From assembly GCA_903960945.1 (NCBI GenBank), contig CAJCCR010000311.1, positions 1 through 54,498 on the forward strand: DNA of 54,498 bases, read 5' to 3'. Of the stretch, positions 8,035 to 16,137 are shown piece by piece. Below the pieces are notes generated by a model, which was not told the DNA's origin, did no database searches, and was given only the letters and a program-made list of their open reading frames with translations. Position 1 is the first letter of the stretch; each line of letters starts with the position of its first letter. The translations under genes and the position numbers were made by a program. This stretch comes from an uncultured Planctomycetaceae bacterium (GTDB lineage Bacteria; Planctomycetota; Planctomycetia; Gemmatales; Gemmataceae).

Positions 8035-9849
8035 ATGGCAGAGAAAAAGGCATATGCTTATCGCGATAAACCGGAAGTACTGGATCAATTGGTAAGTACG
8101 ATAGGCTTGGTTTTGATTGTTTTTCTGATGGTTTCATTAACATTTTTTATATTGGCTCGTTTTTCCCTTTCATCTAAATGGACTTCATCACATTGGGTTT
8201 TATTTTGGGAAGTGCTTGCCACTGTTTTGGTTAGCCGTATGTTTCTTATCGATGATTTGAAAAGGGTTGTTGGCGGTTATTCATTTGTGTTGGGAATGGT
8301 TATTTGGGTTCCGTTTGCTTTAATAGGAGACGTTGAAATTCTTGGTGTTGTTACCGCTCTAATGATTTTTGTTGGGTGGTTTACTTACAAGATTACTTGG
8401 GATGTGACAGATCTTGGCGAACGAGAAGAGGACGAAGATGGATTGCTTGCTTCAGTGGGTTTGAAAAAAGAGTTAAACCCGGGCAATAAAAAGGCTTCGG
8501 ATTCTTGGGGTGATACAAGAGAGGAAAGCACCGAATTTAATTATGAAGCAGAGGAAGTTCTTGCGGAGTTGGCTACGGAAAAGCCTAAGAAAGTTAAGGG
8601 CGGAAAAGGTCGCGGTGTCTGGGTGCTTTATTTTTTATTTGGCTCAATACCTGTTTTTGGATTAGGCGGGTCAACTCAAAATAGCACCGACCCAAATTTG
8701 GGGAAATATTTTTTACTCTGCCTTTGCATTTATCTTGCAAGTTGCATCGCTTTGTTAATGAGTACTTCTTTTTTAACAATAAGGTCCGACTTACGAAGGC
8801 GGAATCTATCCATGCCTTTGTTTACAGCGGGGTTTTGGTTGTTCTCTGGTTTGTTCTTATTGATATCATGTTTTCTTTTTGCATCACTGTTGCCCAGACC
8901 TCAGGGTTTTTTAGATCCTATTGCCATGGTTCTTTCCAAGGGGCAGGATAAGGATCAGGATGCAAGTAAATACGCAAAATCATCCGAGAAATCAGGTAAA
9001 GGGGAAGGGAATCCGGGCGAAAAGGAAGGTGATAAAGGTTCTCCTAAGGAAGGAAATCAAAAAGCGGGTAAGTCAGATGAGAATAAAGAAAGCAAAGGCG
9101 CATCCAAGGAGTCTGAAAAAGGTGGAAGTGATTCTGGTGAAAAAGGTTCTTCCACAGAAGGGTCTCAGAAGTCGGGCCAATCTAAAAATAATGAAGGTAA
9201 AAGTGATTCTCGTAAAAGTGATGGGAACCAGAAATCGAATTCTATTCCGAATCAAGAACCTCCTGCCTCGCCACCCCCTTCTTTTAATATTCCTGGCCTT
9301 GATAAAATCATGGCTGCACTTGAAGTTATTCTTAAAGTTGTTTTTGCAGTGGGTACTTTTTTGTTTGTTCTTTATGTTGTCGTTTACAAGATGAGTTTCA
9401 GTTTTGGTTGGGCGGATGACCTTTTAAATTGGTTCCGTAATCTTTTTGACTGGATGGATCGTTCGGAAAAAAAGAAAAAGCAGGCGGATGCTGCAGACTC
9501 CTCTATTGCGGACGAAACCTTGCCTTTCGAAGAGTTTGATAACCCGTTTGATCGCAAAGATTGGCAAAAATCTAGTCTTCGAGAATTGACAGGGTATACT
9601 TGGAAAGCTTTATTGGCTTGGTGCAAGTCCCAAAATATCCGTATTCCAAGAGGTTGCACCCCCTCCGAGTTAGAGGACATTATTTCAAACGAAGTGCCAC
9701 GTATTGAACCTGCTTATTATGCCTTTCAACAGGTTTTATTAAATGTTCAATATTCAAATAATAATGATTACCCCAAAGGTGTTGCAACGACACAGAATCT
9801 TTGGCGTCAAATGAATGGCGAATCAAATGCCGTAGTCCTTAAAGATTGA
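8035..9849 (+). CDS. polytopic membrane protein with a long Lys/Glu/Ser/Gly low-complexity linker and a DUF4129-like C-terminus
   Basis: It follows DUF58 by 9 nt. It has several TM helices, then roughly 130 aa of low complexity (SEKSGKGEGNPGEKEGDKGSPKEG...), another TM, and a C-terminal helical domain ending ...TPSELEDIISNEV...YYAFQQVLLNVQYSN. That ending resembles the DUF4129 tail of MoxR-operon proteins. Confidence 0.7.
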   Translation: MAEKKAYAYRDKPEVLDQLVSTIGLVLIVFLMVSLTFFILARFSLSSKWTSSHWVLFWEVLATVLVSRMFLIDDLKRVVGGYSFVLGMVIWVPFALIGDVEILGVVTALMIFVGWFTYKITWDVTDLGEREEDEDGLLASVGLKKELNPGNKKASDSWGDTREESTEFNYEAEEVLAELATEKPKKVKGGKGRGVWVLYFLFGSIPVFGLGGSTQNSTDPNLGKYFLLCLCIYLASCIALLMSTSFLTIRSDLRRRNLSMPLFTAGFWLFSGLFLLISCFLFASLLPRPQGFLDPIAMVLSKGQDKDQDASKYAKSSEKSGKGEGNPGEKEGDKGSPKEGNQKAGKSDENKESKGASKESEKGGSDSGEKGSSTEGSQKSGQSKNNEGKSDSRKSDGNQKSNSIPNQEPPASPPPSFNIPGLDKIMAALEVILKVVFAVGTFLFVLYVVVYKMSFSFGWADDLLNWFRNLFDWMDRSEKKKKQADAADSSIADETLPFEEFDNPFDRKDWQKSSLRELTGYTWKALLAWCKSQNIRIPRGCTPSELEDIISNEVPRIEPAYYAFQQVLLNVQYSNNNDYPKGVATTQNLWRQMNGESNAVVLKD

Positions 9850-9857
9850 TTTGCGAA

Positions 9858-10553
9858 TTATTTTTTTCTTCGGATATGTTCTGCTTGAATGATTTCCCTG
9901 TTAATGGAATCCTTAAGGAGTTTCAGCGAATCTTCCCGTGAAAGGTCCATAAGGGTTTTCGCCTCGATTGGGGCACCAATTGAAATACCAATCGCCCCAT
10001 GGTTTCCACCCAAGAAAAGTGGGCAAAGAGTTGGCCAGAAGTTATCGCGCGATAAAGCTTCATGTGCACCCGCGATCCCGACAGGAACAACAAGTGCATT
10101 GGATTTTCGAATAAGAAGCTGAATACCTGGCTTTAAATCCTGCATTAGTCCGTCTTCAGACCGAGTGCCTTCAGGAAATACAAGCACGGCTCGCCCATTG
10201 CTTAAAAGATCTAAGGTGGATCTGATGCCTTCCTTAGCGACTCCTTCGAGATCAACCGGGCAACATCCAACGGATTTTAGATAAACATCTAGTAAAGGTT
10301 TTTTAAAAAGCGATTTTCGTGCAAGGTACGAGAGCTCTCTGCAGGCTGTTAATCCAACAGCAATCGGGTCCAAAAAGCTTTGGTGGTTTGCTACCAGCAG
10401 GACCGGGCCTTTGCGAGGTACATTTTTCCAGCCTTGTTTTCGAAGGCTGAAAAGAAACGTGTATATACAATTGTAAGAGGTGTAATTTAATCCATACCAA
10501 ATGGAATTTAACTGCTCCATCACAAATTTGTAATCAAACATTCCTGCCTTCAT
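9858..10553 (-). CDS. plsC: 1-acyl-sn-glycerol-3-phosphate acyltransferase
   Basis: HX4D motif (NHQSFLDP) and the FPEGTRS motif. The start overlaps the cmk stop (ATGA). Confidence 0.88.
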   Translation of the reverse strand: MKAGMFDYKFVMEQLNSIWYGLNYTSYNCIYTFLFSLRKQGWKNVPRKGPVLLVANHQSFLDPIAVGLTACRELSYLARKSLFKKPLLDVYLKSVGCCPVDLEGVAKEGIRSTLDLLSNGRAVLVFPEGTRSEDGLMQDLKPGIQLLIRKSNALVVPVGIAGAHEALSRDNFWPTLCPLFLGGNHGAIGISIGAPIEAKTLMDLSREDSLKLLKDSINREIIQAEHIRRKK

Positions 10554-11203
10554 TGCATGCCACGCCTTTGAATTTCTTGATGCATTACTTCAATTACATT
10601 ATTCATGTGCATATCGGATGTATCAAGAATCATAGCGTCATGGGCAGGAACCAATGGGCTTATTTCTCTGTTTTCATCTCGTAAATCCCTTGAGATGATA
10701 GCGTCAAGAATCTCTTGAAGTGTGGTATGCACCCCTTTTTCTTGTAGTTCTATATATCTTCGTTGCGCTCTCATTTCAGGTCTTGCGGTCAGAAAAAACT
10801 TGCAGAAAGCTTCAGGGAAAACGGTGGTTCCCTGATCCCGTCCTTCGCAAACCATATTTCTTTCAAAAGCAGCGGCACGTTGTAATTCGACAAGCTTTGT
10901 TCGCACGACTTTGCTGGTTGCTATTACACCTGCTAATTCCGTTGTTTCTTTAGTTCGGATTTGAATCGAAACATCCATACCGTTTAGGATCACTTTGTTT
11001 TCTTCAAGTTTTATTGTTAACTTACTTAGAATTTGCTCAAGCGCAGGTTCGTTGAATGAAGATGCACCGGTGTTTAAAGCAGCTAGAGCAACAGCTCTAT
11101 ACATTGCGCCCGTGTCTAAGAACTGGAAGTTTATTTTTTTTGCTAGTAGTTTTGCAGCAGTGCTTTTGCCTGCACCTGCTGGCCCATCAATGGTGATTAT
11201 CAT
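10550..11203 (-). CDS. cmk: cytidylate kinase
   Basis: IITIDGPAGAGKST P-loop and full-length Cmk-like sequence (LDTGAMYRA..., GRDQGTTVFP). Confidence 0.93.
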   Translation of the reverse strand: MIITIDGPAGAGKSTAAKLLAKKINFQFLDTGAMYRAVALAALNTGASSFNEPALEQILSKLTIKLEENKVILNGMDVSIQIRTKETTELAGVIATSKVVRTKLVELQRAAAFERNMVCEGRDQGTTVFPEAFCKFFLTARPEMRAQRRYIELQEKGVHTTLQEILDAIISRDLRDENREISPLVPAHDAMILDTSDMHMNNVIEVMHQEIQRRGMQ

Positions 11204-11249
11204 GATCTAGTCCCCAAGCTAAACGATGATAATAAAAATTTACATTTCA

Positions 11250-11280
11250 TAAAAAAAGGCGACCGACTGAGGGTCGCCTG
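11250..11280 (-). terminator. intrinsic terminator after the 11304-11864 gene
   Basis: Perfect 8-bp GC-rich stem (AGGCGACC / GGTCGCCT, 11257-11264 and 11272-11279) with a 7-nt loop. A run of 7 T follows on the minus strand. Confidence 0.8.
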
Positions 11281-11303
11281 ACTTTTGGCAAAACCAAAAT
11301 CAT

Positions 11304-11864
11304 TTACCTAGGATAGATGTTGATGGTGAATGTTTCATTTGCAGCAAGGCTTCTGGTGGTTTGTTTTTGGATAATCCCAAATCCATCAGCAAGAACTTCG
11401 TACGTAAAATCGCCTGCATTTTGATTAGGTACGGAAAGAGTTTGATTTGCTTGGGCCTTATATACTTTTCCATTGATGATCACACTAGTGTTGGCGCTTG
11501 AAGTGTTGGCAATCTTGATGGTCCCGTTCGCAGCAACTGCAGGGGTGAACGATGCTGCAACACGTGTTGCTGCAAGTTTGGTGATGGCTTGTTCCATTCT
11601 ACTCATTTGATCTTTGAGAATACTAATCTCAGCTTCAATTTTTTTCAGCTTTAATTCGTGATCAGCGCTTTTAATGGATTGAAGAGATAACTGAATCTCT
11701 TTCAGTTGAGCCTGAATCGATTCGATGCTAGTAACGTCTAATTTTTTTTCTGGCGTGATAGGCGGTTCGGGTTTTTTATCGGAGGTGTTCTCAATGCCTC
11801 CAAAACTTGCACCGTAAGAAAAGCCGATTAGGGCTATCATCGTGATTGAATAAATAATTTTCAT
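11304..11864 (-). CDS. secreted coiled-coil protein with a C-terminal beta-rich (PEGA-like?) domain, 186 aa
   Basis: Signal peptide (MKIIYSITMIALIGFSYG), a heptad-like stretch (IQAQLKEIQLSLQSIK...LKKIEAEISILKDQMSRMEQ), then a beta-strand-patterned tail. It has its own strong terminator. Confidence 0.7.
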   Translation of the reverse strand: MKIIYSITMIALIGFSYGASFGGIENTSDKKPEPPITPEKKLDVTSIESIQAQLKEIQLSLQSIKSADHELKLKKIEAEISILKDQMSRMEQAITKLAATRVAASFTPAVAANGTIKIANTSSANTSVIINGKVYKAQANQTLSVPNQNAGDFTYEVLADGFGIIQKQTTRSLAANETFTINIYPR

Positions 11865-12024
11865 TGTTACACCGTCTAATAATTAATACTAAGTAAATCT
11901 AAATCTCCCTTCACATTAGAGGTTGCAAACCTTGTTTGCAATCGAAAACAAGGGAAAATGCATTGGTCATTTTGTTAAAATGTAACGATTATAACGAAAG
12001 AACTAAAGAAGGGGTGAAATGCAT

Positions 12025-12046
12025 AAAGCCGGGTTTCCCCGGCTTT
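12025..12046 (-). terminator. possible terminator hairpin downstream of rimI
   Basis: 9-bp stem AAAGCCGGG / CCCGGCTTT with a 4-nt loop, 23 nt beyond the rimI stop. The trailing T-tract is weak (tttatgcattt). Confidence 0.4.
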
Positions 12047-12068
12047 AGTTCGATTTTAGTAAACTCGA

Positions 12069-12605
12069 TTAAGCGTTTTCTTCGTATTGAGCAATACGAT
12101 TGATGGTTTCTTCGAAGTCTTCATCGGTGTCTGAAGGCAATTTGTATTGCATCAGGTATGCATCTTCATTGCTATCATCATAAAACGAGCGAAGCACTCT
12201 TATTGCTTTAAAACCTTGATTTCTGAAGAATACCTGGCCTGAGAGATTGGTTTCTCGGACTTCCAAAGTGATTCTTGTTCTACGGTGGCTCGAAAGCTTT
12301 CCAATCAATTTAACAGCCATCTGTAATCCTACGCCCGACCGTTGGTAATCAGGGTGGACAGCAAAATTCAAAATGTGAAGTTTGTTTTTGTGAAGTTCAT
12401 AAATCATGAACCCGATTACTTTGTCGCCAGCTTCTGCTACCATCCCAATACAATTGCGTTGCCTGAGGCAGCGTAAAAAATCTTCTTCAGTCCAAGACTG
12501 TGCGAAGCATTGTTGTTCTGCTTGTAATACTTCTTGCATGTCGCGTCTAATCATCCAGCGAATATGTACTTTAACTTGTTCTTTTTCTGTCTTATTACCG
12601 CTCAT
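12069..12605 (-). CDS. rimI: GNAT N-acetyltransferase, RimI-like (ribosomal-protein-alanine acetyltransferase)
   Basis: GNAT fold motifs (LHILNFAVHPDYQRSGVGLQM) and a RimI-like N-terminus (IRWMIRRDMQEVLQAEQQCF..SWTEEDF). ATG 12605 has a GAGGAG Shine-Dalgarno, so the longer ORF to 12665 is unlikely. Confidence 0.75.
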   Translation of the reverse strand: MSGNKTEKEQVKVHIRWMIRRDMQEVLQAEQQCFAQSWTEEDFLRCLRQRNCIGMVAEAGDKVIGFMIYELHKNKLHILNFAVHPDYQRSGVGLQMAVKLIGKLSSHRRTRITLEVRETNLSGQVFFRNQGFKAIRVLRSFYDDSNEDAYLMQYKLPSDTDEDFEETINRIAQYEENA

Positions 12606-13052
12606 TAAAAACTCCTCTTGTCCGTTAGCATGGCATACCATGATTCCGACATGTAAATTAGCCATGTTCCTTTGCCGACCAATTCGGCTAAAGGCCTTTG
12701 CAAAAAAGAAAGAAGGTTGAGACCTTTCGATCAGTTAAGCGGGCGGAATTTAGCAATGGTCGAGACAATTTACAAGACCAAGGTTCGTAAAACCCACATA
12801 AATAAAATCGGTATTTTTAAGCACGGAAATCACCGAGCTTAGAGGTGTTTTAAAAAAAAATTGTTGGAAATTTGAGAAGCAAGAAAAGGATGATAAAAGG
12901 GGGGATTCCCTTCCCCGTTAATCTGCGCTTCCTTGGCGATCCAAGATGAAATCTCATCTTGGGTTGAAGTGACTAAGATACAAAAATATTGCTTGATTAA
13001 CAACCAAATATTTACACAACGAAAATAAATTTTGTGAGGATGAGTGGATTGG

Positions 13053-14537
13053 TTAGGGTAGGGGGGAAACAATTATTGAGCACGCACTGCTGCGCTTGAT
13101 ATTTCCTATCCCGTATTCAACGACCACGCGGAATTCACCTGGGCTGAGGCCCTTTAAATTTACTGAATAAATCTTGTCTGCTCGGTTTGCTAAAACAGGG
13201 AGATCATCGAAATTTAAGTTCTGCCCGTTGAGCCCCGCAATGGTTGGCCCATTCCAAGCCAATGGAACAATTCCATCGGGAAAAAGAAACCGAACACTGG
13301 TGTTGTTTAAATCAATCGAACCATTGTTTTTCAGGGAAAACCTAATTTCGCTTTCACTGCCCAAGGTTGCTTTGATGGTTGCGGGTGTAAATACACCCAG
13401 GATCTCGGAGGTGCCTTCAATACGAACTAAAAACATCGAGGATGTATCTGCACTATTCTCCATCGAAGCTTTGGCGTTTAGCTGCCAATCGCCAGGCTTT
13501 GCTGCTTTTAATCGCAGCTTTGCAGACCATTTCCCCCCAACAATTTGCGGGTTGTTCCAGACAAGTAATTTATTTGTAGGAGCAGTTGATTCAAATTTCG
13601 CTTGAGGGTTGCTTCCTACAATTTCGAGCCCTTCAGGAATAATAGTCTGAATGGCAAGCTGGATTTCCCCAATTTTGATGGAATCGATTTTAGCTTCGAG
13701 AATCATTTCGAGTTCGCCCTTGGCGGTATCTTCCCAAGATTTTTTCCACTGAAGGTTAATCTGCCCATCACTGACAGATATATCTGATTGATAGAGCTTT
13801 TTTTCGCCATTGGTTGAGGCTACTTGAATGTTTTGAGAGAATTTACCGTTTTCCACAGCAAGTGTTTCAAGTCGAATAGATTTAGTTTGTCCTGCGGGAA
13901 TATCCCCCAAAGTTGCTTCAATAAGTTCGCCTTCAGGGTGTCTGAGGCCCTGGGGAAGTTTGTCGCGGATGGTTACATTTTCTGCCGGAGTTAAACCATG
14001 GTTTGCAACGACGATTTCAAAAACGGCCCTTTGCCCACGCCTTACCCATTGTGGCCCTTGAACTTGGACCAGTAAACCATCTTTCGTCTCAGCGTTTTTC
14101 TTTATTGTTGCAACTTTGTAAACGACTGCGGGCTTAAAATTTAAATTATCTTTATCTGCAGCATTAACTTTGAATTGGAATATTTTGCCGGTGCCTGATT
14201 GCAGTTCAGGTATTTCCCATGTCCATTTGTTTTCTTGGATGAAAGGTTTTGGGTTTACCTCTAAAATTTCAGGTTTAGTTTTCCATTCTTGACTTAGAAC
14301 AAGTTCTTCAAGAGGTAGGCTGCCAAGGTTTTTCAAAGTGATTTCCATGGTGCAAGGCTTGCCGATTTCAGGGTTATCAACAAAGCGTGTGATAATAGAA
14401 ACTTGGCTGCCTTCATCTGTTTTTAAGGTTGGCGTTTCTTTGTCGGATTCGATGGGTAAAGTGCCCGGAACCTGAGCCAGGGAAAAGAATGCCCCGGCAA
14501 AAAGCATTAAAATAGCAAAGCAATTTGTGTTCAACAT
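13053..14537 (-). CDS. secreted DUF11-type repeat (Ig-like) surface protein
   Basis: Signal peptide MLNTNCFAILMLFAGAFFSLAQV. The DUF11-like pattern recurs three times (TLKNLGSLPLEELVL, VVANHGLTPAENVTIRDKLPQGL, SLKNNGSIDLNNTSVRFLFPDGI). The start is set at ATG 14537, 4 nt after the upstream stop, rather than the overlapping 14633. Confidence 0.75.
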   Translation of the reverse strand: MLNTNCFAILMLFAGAFFSLAQVPGTLPIESDKETPTLKTDEGSQVSIITRFVDNPEIGKPCTMEITLKNLGSLPLEELVLSQEWKTKPEILEVNPKPFIQENKWTWEIPELQSGTGKIFQFKVNAADKDNLNFKPAVVYKVATIKKNAETKDGLLVQVQGPQWVRRGQRAVFEIVVANHGLTPAENVTIRDKLPQGLRHPEGELIEATLGDIPAGQTKSIRLETLAVENGKFSQNIQVASTNGEKKLYQSDISVSDGQINLQWKKSWEDTAKGELEMILEAKIDSIKIGEIQLAIQTIIPEGLEIVGSNPQAKFESTAPTNKLLVWNNPQIVGGKWSAKLRLKAAKPGDWQLNAKASMENSADTSSMFLVRIEGTSEILGVFTPATIKATLGSESEIRFSLKNNGSIDLNNTSVRFLFPDGIVPLAWNGPTIAGLNGQNLNFDDLPVLANRADKIYSVNLKGLSPGEFRVVVEYGIGNIKRSSACSIIVSPLP

Positions 14538-14541
14538 GGAA

Positions 14542-14919
14542 TTACTCATTAGAAGGTTTGGCATCTGGGGCCTTATAGGATCCGCGACACTTTTCCGCAG
14601 GGTACTTGAGCTCGTTTTTAAGCATTTTTGCATTTAAAGAATCAGAAAGATCAAGATTCATACAGTTGCATAATGCCATGATCAGGCAGGTGACATCTGC
14701 AATTTCTTCTGAAACTTCTTTTCGTTTGATAGGATCCAAAACAGAGAGTTTTGAATTTTCGGGAGTGATCCAAAGGAAATGCTCAAGCAACTCTGCAGCC
14801 TCTGCGCAAAGGGCCATCGCAAGATTTTTCGGATCGTGAAATTGTTCCCAATCTCTTGCTGCAACAAAGCTCGCCATCTTTTTTCTTAAATCTAATACCG
14901 TCGTTTGAGAATCTGCCAA
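14542..14919 (-). CDS. MazG-like all-alpha nucleotide pyrophosphohydrolase
   Basis: FVAARDWEQFHDPKNLAMALCAEAAELLEHFLW and EEIADV are the typical small MazG/dCTPase-like motifs. 125 aa. Confidence 0.82.
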   Translation of the reverse strand: MADSQTTVLDLRKKMASFVAARDWEQFHDPKNLAMALCAEAAELLEHFLWITPENSKLSVLDPIKRKEVSEEIADVTCLIMALCNCMNLDLSDSLNAKMLKNELKYPAEKCRGSYKAPDAKPSNE

Positions 14920-15033
14920 TTTCTTACTCCATGAAACTCTTAACTCAATGAAGAATCAAATGGAGTCAGATACATCAAATATTAAATGATGCAAGTCGGA
15001 TTTTTGGAGATATGGGGAAGCCGAGGCTTCTGG

Positions 15034-16131
15034 TTAAATTACGGCGAATTCTTGCAGAGCTTTTTCCGAAAAGCTCAAGCCTAAGCCGGAACCTTCAGGA
15101 GGTACAAGTTTGCCAGCTTTAAATTTCGGGTATTCATTAAATAGTGGTTCAAACCAAGGCATGTATTCCACTGAAGTCACTTGGGCCAAACCGCACCCGA
15201 TTTGGACCGCTAATTCGGGCAACAAATGAGGGCTAACGGGTATATTCTGGCTTTCACAGTAATGAATAAGTTTTAGAGTGTTGGTGATGCCCCCTAATCG
15301 GGTGATATCAGGCTGAGCGATGTCGAGTGCGCTTTTTTCAACATAGTTGTGAAACTCTTCTCTGGAAAAAAGCATTTCACCAGCCGCAATCGGAATATCC
15401 AACTTGTTCGCAAGATAAGCATGGCCTTTGATATTCTCGCAACTGATGGGCTCTTCAAACCAACCAACCCCAATTTCATCTTGGAAGAAGTTACCCATAG
15501 CAAGAGCCGTTCCGGTGTCGTAGCGTTCGTTGGCATCAACTGCCAGCCAAATTTCTTCTCCCATAGCTTCGCGTAAATTACCAATGCGTTCGATATCGCT
15601 TTGGGGGTTGGCGCCAACCTTCACCTTAAGGCCCATGACGCCTTGATCCAGATACGGTTTTGAGAGATCAATTATTTGCCCGACACTCATCCATAGCCAT
15701 CCCGTGTGTGAGATATAAGCGGGGATGGATTCGCGGAACCCACCGAGTAATTTATGCAGAGGCAAATTCGCGGCCTTGCCTTTGATATCCCAAAGGGCGA
15801 TATCAATGGCTGAATAAACTTGTTGAACCAGTCCGGTTCTTCCAATTGTTTGGGTGCGCCAATAAACTTTGGCCGCTAGTTTTTCGTTATCTAATGCGTT
15901 TTCATTGATTAAGATTGGGGCTAAATCTTCCTGACCCAATGCAAGCATTGCCTTGCCCCCGCCCTGAAGAGAATAAGCAAACCCAATGCCTTCGATGCCG
16001 GATTTGGTTTTAATCCGAACAACAAGAGTAGTGATTTTATCACTTCTCCCAGCAGCGATTTCGGTGGCAGAAGATCTTGTTGGGTCGGTAGGAATGCTAA
16101 GCAGACTGAATTTAATTTCTTGAATTTGCAT
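15034..16131 (-). CDS. enolase-superfamily enzyme, mandelate racemase subgroup (substrate unknown)
   Basis: KxK (LKVKVG), metal ligands in AVDANE / WFEEP / AAGEM, then a QPD...SPH Asp-His pair. This matches the MR-subgroup (acid-sugar dehydratase/racemase) active-site layout. It lies 6 nt downstream of the permease gene. Confidence 0.85.
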   Translation of the reverse strand: MQIQEIKFSLLSIPTDPTRSSATEIAAGRSDKITTLVVRIKTKSGIEGIGFAYSLQGGGKAMLALGQEDLAPILINENALDNEKLAAKVYWRTQTIGRTGLVQQVYSAIDIALWDIKGKAANLPLHKLLGGFRESIPAYISHTGWLWMSVGQIIDLSKPYLDQGVMGLKVKVGANPQSDIERIGNLREAMGEEIWLAVDANERYDTGTALAMGNFFQDEIGVGWFEEPISCENIKGHAYLANKLDIPIAAGEMLFSREEFHNYVEKSALDIAQPDITRLGGITNTLKLIHYCESQNIPVSPHLLPELAVQIGCGLAQVTSVEYMPWFEPLFNEYPKFKAGKLVPPEGSGLGLSFSEKALQEFAVI

Positions 16132-16137
16132 AATTAC

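Noticed and set aside
8921-9394. 157-aa + strand ORF overlapping the 8035-9849 gene in another frame
   Set aside because: It lies entirely within the low-complexity Lys/Glu/Ser/Gly linker region of the longer gene. Its Lys/Arg-rich translation is a frame artefact.
12839-13072. 77-aa ORF in the large rimI-upstream spacer
   Set aside because: It overlaps the 3' end of the DUF11 gene. It is AT-rich with atypical composition and has no ribosome-binding site.
14538-14633. 32-codon N-terminal extension of the DUF11 gene overlapping the MazG-like gene
   Set aside because: The signal peptide begins at the internal Met (ATG 14537), 4 nt after the MazG-like stop. The extension is hydrophilic and would bury the signal peptide.
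15017-15030. GAAGCC..GGCTTC hairpin right after the enolase-superfamily gene, considered as a terminator
   Set aside because: The loop is only 2-4 nt and no T-tract follows on the transcribed strand.
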